Assembly (NCBI RefSeq): GCF_006345805.1
Contig: NW_021829720.1
Location: 1-6,000 of the forward strand
Length of the DNA: 6,000 nt
Reading direction: 5' to 3'
DNA from: Octopus sinensis
Lineage: Eukaryota
Shown here: piece by piece, positions 1 to 6,000 of the stretch
Layout of the letters: each line of letters starts with the position of its first letter
Numbering within the stretch: position 1 is the first letter of the stretch
Notes under the pieces: generated by a model
The model's database searches: none
What the model saw: only the letters and a program-made list of their open reading frames with translations
What the model was told of the DNA's origin: nothing
Position numbers and translations under genes: made by a program

Positions 1-29
1 AAGGTTTCTGTCAATTGCCTTCGGTTAAT

Positions 30-160
30 GAACTCTAATCTCTCTCATCACCTTCCTCTCTCACTCTTCTTCATTCTCTCTCTCTCTCTCTCTCTGCTTT
101 TTTCTCAGTCTCACATTGTCTCTCTCCCCCTCTCTCTCCCCCTCTCCCCCCTCTCTCTCC
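30..160. repeat. CT-rich low-complexity / degenerate (CT)n tract
   Basis: Runs of tctctc and ctctccccc; it explains the S/L/P-rich start of ORF 116-298. Confidence 0.9.
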
Positions 161-188
161 CTTTATAATGTCCATGTTACTCTTTATG

Positions 189-424
189 TGTACTCCGATA
201 CTCTTTTACACTTTTGTTTGGTTCAGTTATTTGACTGCGGCCATGCTGGAGCACCGCCGTTAGTCGAACCATTCGACCCCAGGACATATTGTTTGTAAGC
301 CTAGTACTTTACCCATCGGTCTCTGTTGCCGAACCGCTAAGTTACGGGGACGTAAACACACCAACATCGGTTGGCAAGCGATGGTGAGGGGACAAACACA
401 AACACACAAACGCATACATATATA
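189..424 (-). mobile_element. SINE 3' half (octopus-type tRNA-derived SINE family), head absent
   Basis: The reverse complement aligns along its length (roughly 80% by eye) with 2690-2914, including GTTTACGTCCCCGT-ACTTAGCGGTTCGGCAA and GGCGGTGCTCCAGCATGGCCGCAGTCAAAT, and ends in an AAAAGAGT-type tail. Family assignment is from recall of octopus SINE consensus. Confidence 0.85.
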
Positions 425-469
425 TTTTATTTCTTTTAATTGCTTCAGTTATTTGAATTCGACCATGTT
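425..469 (-). mobile_element. Second, more diverged SINE 3'-tail fragment abutting the first copy
   Basis: ttttatttcttttaattgcttcagttatttgaattcgaccatgttgtag aligns to the reverse complement of the SINE tail at 2853-2900 (ttttactcttttacttgtttcagtcatttgactgcggccatgctggag). Confidence 0.7.
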
Positions 470-518
470 GTAGGTAAAGAAGGTGGTCAAACTCCTGGAT
501 ACGGAGTAGACACTCACC

Positions 519-523
519 ATATA

Positions 524-589
<66 letters not shown>
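519..589. repeat. (TA)n microsatellite
   Basis: Near-perfect TA run. Confidence 0.98.
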
Positions 590-1118
590 ACTTACTTCGA
601 GAACAGAAAAGAAACGAAACGACGCGAGGGCTCTCAGTTATGCAATAAATTAATAAATAAAATATATGCATACATACATACATATATGTACGTACCTACA
701 TCTACATGTATATATACATGCATATATAAATATATAATGTGAGTACACGACACCACAACAGACGTAGAACTCAACGAGAAACGAAAACGTAAAAACAACA
801 TGGAAACGGACTTTTTTAACAAAGAAAAAACAGAGTACAAGACAAAAAACAATACATGGAAAATTCCCCTTCATCAGCTGTCCCTAGTTAGACTCCATGC
901 GTGTTTCGAACGTAAGACAGAAACACGACTCGCGAACTAGCCCTTCCTGCGAAAGAATTAAATAAAATTCCTTGCAGAGGGGGTAAAAACAAGTAAAGAA
1001 AAAAAATGTGATAAAACAGGACGTAAAACAACAAATAAAAAAACAAATACACAATAAAAATACAAATACAAAAAAATACAGTACAAGTAAAGAATAAAAA
1101 CAGGACAAGGAAACAGAC

Positions 1119-1120
<2 letters not shown>
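590..1120 (-). mobile_element. Putative non-autonomous Penelope-like/retrozyme-like element bounded by (TA)n
   Basis: About 530-bp block with a strongly T-rich minus strand and (TA)n on both sides. It contains hammerhead core strands (864-927) and a hairpin (941-981). There is no credible ORF. The class assignment is inference. Confidence 0.45.
864..927 (-). ncRNA. Candidate hammerhead ribozyme with non-nested strand order
   Basis: Minus strand: CGUGU-U-U-CUGUCUUA-CGUUC-GAAACACG-(13 nt)-UAGGGACAG-CUGAUGA-AGGGGAA. Helix III is 5 bp, helix I about 7 bp, and helix II is weak (3 bp). Confidence 0.4.

Positions 1121-1121
<1 letters not shown>

Positions 1122-1151
<30 letters not shown>
1122..1151. 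repeat. (TA)n microsatellite
   Basis: Perfect TA run. Confidence 0.98.
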
Positions 1152-1154
<3 letters not shown>

Positions 1155-2005
1155 ACAGAGTTTGTTCCGTGTGTCAGGGTGTGGTGCGTAAACTGCTTAT
1201 GGATTCGTAAAATATGTTACCGACTTTGACGTATGAGGTATCAAAAGATTCATTAATCTTTCGGCTACCAGATGCTCAATAATCCTTTGTACTAGAAAAA
1301 CAACCTCGAAAACAAGGTCAGGTAGCACAATTTTGAGGTCATTTTCGGGCAATATTTGGATTTGCTTCTAATCTGCCAATTTTCATGTTTTTTGTCAAAA
1401 AATGCAGCAATGTACAAGAAATTTTATGAGTGCATCTGTGATGCACAAAATCCTATTTGTCAAAGAAAATGATCAAAAAACGTGTTTTTTGGTACAATTA
1501 TTGACACCTTTTCCGTCAATAATGATCTTTGTGCCACAAATAAACGGCCAGTGTGAACATCTTCAGTATCCCATGATTAATGTCTTTCAAGTATTGTGAT
1601 ACCATTTCTTTACACAAACCCTATTTTTCAACAAAAAATTGACCAACGAACCGTATTCTGGTATAATTGTGATCTTTTGTGGCATTACTACCGAAAAAAA
1701 TTTGTCCATATAGATTTTTTCGGCAGCAAAAGACTCAGGAATGCGAAAAGAGCGTTCTCAGGTTTAAATTCAATAAAATTTCCCCAAGGATTTAGCACAA
1801 TAAGGGCCTATATTCGTTCAAGTGTGGTAAAGACGTGAATCAATGATTAAAACCTTTCGACCTTTTTTGATTTTCACATTTTCCTCTTTATTTAAACCCA
1901 AATCGTTACTAGTATATATTCATGCCTATTATTTTATTGCATGAGCCGCAAAGTTCATAAGGATTTGCTATAATCTCCCTACTTTTCACAGTGGTTGAGC
2001 CGTCG
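1152..2005. other. Unclassified non-coding block with many short palindromes and a degenerate internal direct repeat (possible old non-autonomous DNA transposon interior)
   Basis: Hairpins at 1430-1446, 1474-1491, 1497-1523 and 1691-1723; segment 1450-1537 resembles 1618-1686. No terminal inverted repeats were found. Confidence 0.3.
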
Positions 2006-2011
2006 TATATA

Positions 2012-2099
<88 letters not shown>

Positions 2100-2104
2100 A
2101 TATA
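2006..2104. repeat. (TA)n microsatellite, interrupted
   Basis: About 100-bp TA run with three phase interruptions. Confidence 0.98.
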
Positions 2105-2106
2105 GT

Positions 2107-2672
2107 AAATTATTTACCCTTTATAATTATATTACTAATTGGATTTCTTACTCCATTACGACTATCCGGTGGTGCGCATGGCAAAATTTTGGAGGGAAAA
2201 TTTACGGTCTCAATCGTCTACTTAGTTTTAACCTATGCTCACTTCCCCCCCCACTATTTGATGACGCCTGGTCAAAGGTGGAGGGTGGTGGCATTTGATA
2301 AATCTAACGACGATGGTGCTGAAGAAAGACTTTAGGCAATTTCTCGCCTACGATCCAGAAACATGTTCACCATTAACGGTAAGGGATTGTTTTCGTTTAT
2401 TTACTACTCCGATTTTGCGTATGTGAATCGCAGGGTTATGTCGTATATGGAGCCCCCACTTGTAGAAAATGGAAATAAACAGTCTCTGACTGCCATTTCT
2501 AATTCTTTCGGTATGCGGCAGAGCAACCTGTTGCCTGCCCTTTTACTTATATACTATATATACTGAACTCTACAGAAGTTCCCGACGCTAAAAGTCATAT
2601 TTACATACCGAAATCTACCAGTAAATAATTGTTGGTTGTCTGAAAAACCATCGAAAAAATTATTTACCCTTT
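2107..2672 (+). mobile_element. Hammerhead-containing ~550-bp element flanked by a 16-bp direct repeat (Penelope pLTR-like / retrozyme-like)
   Basis: aaattatttacccttt occurs at 2107-2122 and 2657-2672. The unit contains an HHR at 2313-2373 and several GC-richer hairpins, and lies between TA tracts. Confidence 0.55.
2313..2373 (+). ncRNA. Minimal type I hammerhead ribozyme (palindromic helix III), helix II base degenerate
   Basis: Helix I AUGGUG(2313-2318)/CACCAU(2368-2373); core CUGAAGA 2319-2325; helix II UAGGC/GCCUA; GAAA 2358-2361; palindrome ACAUGU 2361-2366; predicted cleavage after GUU at 2367. Confidence 0.7.
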
Positions 2673-2677
2673 TATTG

Positions 2678-2914
2678 CATATATATGTTATGTATGTCTG
2701 TGTTTGTCCCCCTAGCATTGCTTGACAACCGATGCTGGTGTGTTTACGTCCCCGTCACTTAGCGGTTCGGCAAAAAGAGACCGATAAAATAAGAACTGGG
2801 CTTACAAAAGGATAAGTCCCGGGGTCGATTTGCTCGACTAAAAGGCGGTGCTCCAGCATGGCCGCAGTCAAATGACTGAAACAAGTAAAAGAGTAAAAAG
2901 AGTAAAGAGAGTAC
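2678..2914 (+). mobile_element. SINE 3' half (same family as 189-424)
   Basis: Begins in a TA/TG microsatellite, then gtgtttgtccccctagcattgcttgacaaccgatgctgg...ggcggtgctccagcatggccgcagtcaaatgactgaaacaag, with a (GTAAAAGA)n-like tail. It aligns with the reverse complement of 189-424. Confidence 0.88.
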
Positions 2915-3212
2915 TATAAGGCGGGTGGTGCGTTGGAAAAACAAATGCCTGACCTAATAATCGCAGTGAAGACAACAACACTGCGCATATATGTAAATGC
3001 AAATTAAGGTTACATACACACACGAGTCCGCTCACGGTTCATGAGTCTTCATTGGTCGAGACGCAGACAATTTTCACAGATTGGAACAATTTCAAATCAA
3101 TTTTTCCTTGTCAGATGTATTTACTGCAATTCCAGTTCGTCATAGTATTATTGTTAACAACGACACGGGCAACGCCAGGGTGCATTGTGAGTGATGTACA
3201 CGTTCTGTTTGA

Positions 3213-3214
<2 letters not shown>

Positions 3215-3255
<41 letters not shown>
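3215..3255. repeat. (TA)n microsatellite
   Basis: Perfect TA run. Confidence 0.98.
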
Positions 3256-3257
<2 letters not shown>

Positions 3258-3524
3258 ACATAAGGAAATGGAGAAATACACCTTAATCAATAATCAACTA
3301 TCAGATAATACCCAATCACATAATTTATTAAACAACTACATAAGAACATTAAGGTCAAACATAATAATATAGAACAAAACAATGTACATCAATGAGTAAT
3401 ATGATACAATAAGTACAGTATGTATAACTGAATATAAATAACGGTTTAATAAATTATGTGATTGGTTATTATCTGGTAGTTGATTATTGATTAAGGTGTA
3501 TTTCTCCATTTTCTTATTTTGTAT
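3253..3524. repeat. Inverted repeat, 81-bp arms (3253-3333 / 3444-3524), 110-bp spacer
   Basis: Arms differ at 4 of 81 positions. The ORF track shows the same peptide (MEKYTLINNQL.DN.QSHNLLN) on both strands. Confidence 0.95.
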
Positions 3525-3703
3525 TATGAATTTGTGGTAAAACATTTTACCTTTGCCCATATAATACAGTAAATGAATTAATTGCATCACAATCATTAAC
3601 ATTTATGTATTAACTTTGTTGGGTGCTTCACTTGCAGTAGATTGGATATATGTTATCCCATGGTAGGTTGCATTTACAACCCCTATCTCAATTTGTAATT
3701 TTT

Positions 3704-3759
<56 letters not shown>
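3704..3759. repeat. (TA)n microsatellite
   Basis: TA run. Confidence 0.98.
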
Positions 3760-3761
<2 letters not shown>

Positions 3762-3880
3762 ATTAGGTAGGGTATATATATTACTTGCTAATCTAAAATT
3801 ACTTTTATTGTGTCTGTAAATGTGTGAACTTGCTAGCCACTTCATTATTATGAATAACGGTAATACTACTACTTCATATA

Positions 3881-3897
3881 TAATAATAATAATAATG

Positions 3898-3962
<65 letters not shown>

Positions 3963-3967
3963 AGTAG
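3881..3967. repeat. Compound (TAA)n-(GTA)n microsatellite
   Basis: taa x5 followed by about 19 gta units; it produces the poly-V / poly-T ORFs. Confidence 0.98.
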
Positions 3968-4204
3968 CAGGGAATGTAATTCCAAACTTACAGGGAAAAA
4001 TATAATTTAGCAATAATAAATCAAATTTCACAAAGTATTAATATATGTAAATAATAAAGAGACAAAACCTCTAAGCAATTCAATAATGAAAGTCGTTATT
4101 CATAGAAAAAATTAAATATACTATAAAAACATCATTCTAAAAATCAATACAGTACATAAAAAATAAATAGTAAATAGACTATGCACGTTTCGTGGCTATA
4201 TTTA

Positions 4205-4309
<105 letters not shown>

Positions 4310-4311
4310 GT

Positions 4312-4436
4312 TAGACCTGATGAGTGACTATATTTTTAAATTGAATTAATTTTAGATCGATTCAATTTTAAATCGAATTCATTTTATTATTATTATTATC
4401 GATTTGAAAATATAGCCACGAAACGTGCATAGTCTA
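4312..4436 (+). ncRNA. Type I hammerhead ribozyme with expanded, branched helix II
   Basis: Helix I UAGAC(4312-4316)/GUCUA(4432-4436); core CUGAUGA 4317-4323; helix II 4324-4336/4407-4419 (12 of 13 pairs); GAAA 4420-4423; quasi-palindrome ACGUGCAU 4423-4430; predicted cleavage after A4431. Confidence 0.75.
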
Positions 4437-4562
4437 TTTACTATTTATTGTTTATGTACCTTATTGATTTTAGAATAATGTTTTTTATAGTATATTTAAT
4501 TTTTTCTATATGGTGTGAATAACGTCTTTCATTATTTAATTGCTTAATAGAGGTTTTTCTCT

Positions 4563-4566
<4 letters not shown>

Positions 4567-4597
<31 letters not shown>
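4567..4597. repeat. (TA)n microsatellite
   Basis: Perfect TA run. Confidence 0.98.
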
Positions 4598-4600
<3 letters not shown>

Positions 4601-5056
4601 AGTTGACTTTTTCTCAACTACAACTTCAATCCGTATGCTCTCCAACGCTGTTGACTGCCCACCATTACATTAAGCTCTTCCTGAAAATAGTAGACACATT
4701 AATTCGTTAAATTTAGCCGGAACTTCCTGTACGTATAAGGGTTAAATTGATTCTGTGTTTCAATGGTAAACCCGGGCGAGTAGGGAGACTAGCAAATTAA
4801 ACTGTAAGTGTATCAGCAGAATGCAACAGGAAGCCATTGCTGGTTTTATTTTTTCTTAGCCTCAAGTATAATCATAAATCTATACTTCTGTCATCATTGA
4901 TTAGTTTCCAATTATTTAGAATATCCCGTCGGGTTCGTTTGCGTCAGATAGCTTATCAATAAAGATATCATTGATTTCACTCGTAACGCCGTCTGAGGAA
5001 TGTCTCAACGGCATGAAATTTGAAGTAAATACGAGATTGGTTGACGACAAGAATAA

Positions 5057-5152
5057 CACATATACACTCACGCACCAACACACATACACTCACATATACA
5101 CTCACGCACCAACACACGTACACTCGCATATACACTCACGCACACACACGTA
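5057..5152. repeat. 34-bp CA-rich minisatellite, ~2.8 copies
   Basis: cacatatacactcacgcaccaacacac(a/g)tacact at 5057-5090 and 5091-5124, partial at 5125-5152. Confidence 0.9.
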
Positions 5153-5183
5153 AAACAAATACACACATGCACACACACACAGA

Positions 5184-5388
5184 TGTCTCTCTCACACCCT
5201 CACCCTCTCTTCCACGCATGTAAGGAGATGTTTATGTGTGAGTGACCGTGTGTGTGTGTGCTTGAGTAAGAGAGAGTATGTATGAGTGAAAGAGTGAGTG
5301 TGACTGTATGTGAAGGGAAGTCGACATGTGAGAGAAAGAGAGAGAGAGGAAGGTGCGTGGAAGAGAGGGTGAGGGTGTGAGAGAGACA
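5184..5388. repeat. Perfect 35-bp inverted repeat (5184-5218 / 5354-5388)
   Basis: tgtctctctcacaccctcaccctctcttccacgca is the exact reverse complement of tgcgtggaagagagggtgagggtgtgagagagaca. Confidence 0.95.
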
Positions 5389-6000
5389 GAAAGAGAAAAT
5401 GTGTGGAAGAGAGGGTGAGGGCGAATGTGTGAGAGAGACGTTGAGCCTCAGAGAGAGAGAGAGACAGAGAGAAAGAGGGGGTGAGGGGTGAGAGAGAGAA
5501 TGTGTGAGGGAGGGGTGAGCGTGAGAAAGAGAAACAGAGAGAAAACTTTTATGGGAGAGAGGGTGAGTATTTGTGAGAGAGAGACAGAGTAAGTTTGTGA
5601 GAGAGAGGATGAGCGTGAGAGAGAGATGGTGAGCAGAAGAGAGAGAGAGAGAGAGAGATGGTGAGCAGAAGAGAGAGAGAGAGAGAGAGAGAGAAAGGGA
5701 ATGTGTGTGGGAGAGAAAGACACAAGGTGAAGGTGTATGGGAGAGAGGGTGAGTGTGTGAGAGAGAAAGGGAGAAACAGAGAAAGTGTGTGGGAGAGAGA
5801 ACTTGCGTGAGGGAGAGAGGGTGGTGTGTGAGGGAGTGTGTTTGGAGGTAAGTGTGTGTGGTGGGGAGGGATATATTGTGTGTGTATATGTACTAGAGAT
5901 GGGAGAATGTGTGGGAAGGAACGTGAGAGAGAAAGAGAAGGAAAGAGAGAAAGAGAAAAAAGAGAGAGAAAGAGGAGAAAGAGAAAGAAAAAAAAAGAGA
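5219..6000. repeat. Degenerate GA/GT-rich low-complexity array with recurring gagagggtgag(g/t)gtgtgagagaga units
   Basis: Purine-rich plus strand; gtggaagagagggtgaggg at 5357 and 5403; gatggtgagcagaagagagagagaga twice (~5626, ~5657). Confidence 0.92.

Noticed and set aside
1520-1575. Minus-strand CUGAAGA at 1566-1560 with a possible helix II
   Set aside because: It is followed by CAAA rather than GAAA and has no helix I or III; consistent with chance.
2962-3004. 7-bp hairpin cgcagtg/cactgcg and octamer motif ATGCAAAT
   Set aside because: These are isolated short motifs expected by chance, with no supporting context.
3163-3192. Helitron 3'-end-like motifs (acgggcaacgccaggg here; cccgggcgagtaggg...ctag at 4772-4793)
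   Set aside because: The hairpins are imperfect, the first lacks a terminal CTRR, and no 5' TC end or second copy is available for comparison.
4735-4748. aagggttaa resembling a piggyBac-type right end with TTAA
   Set aside because: No matching TTAACCCTT left end is present in the window.
4974-5035. Hammerhead-like CUGAGGA-AUGUC/GGCAU-GAAA (4993-5018)
   Set aside because: The core and helix II are good, but no helix I adjoins the core and helix III cannot pair properly. A competing hairpin (GCCGU-C-UGAGG/UCUCA-ACGGC) would sequester the core. It could be a relic but is not supportable here.

Overview
AT-rich, microsatellite-dense eukaryotic DNA with no recognisable protein-coding gene; the listed ORFs are read-through of simple repeats or short chance ORFs. 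It is most likely octopus (cephalopod), because two copies plus a fragment of a repeat match my recollection of the 3' half of octopus tRNA-derived SINEs (not database-verified). Several non-coding blocks lie between (TA)n/(TTA)n tracts, and three carry hammerhead-ribozyme (HHR) motifs. (i) A minimal type I HHR with a palindromic helix III at 2313-2373 sits in a hairpin-rich ~550-bp unit bounded by a 16-bp direct repeat. (ii) A type I HHR with a branched, expanded helix II at 4312-4436 sits in a head-to-head inverted duplication. (iii) On the minus strand at 864-927, the three hammerhead strands occur in a non-nested order matching none of types I, II or III. This fits non-autonomous Penelope-like/retrozyme-like elements, although no RT or GIY-YIG ORF is present. 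Three inverted duplications (81 bp, ~155 bp and a perfect 35 bp) lie between 3253 and 5388. All folds were worked out by hand, and ribozyme activity is untested.
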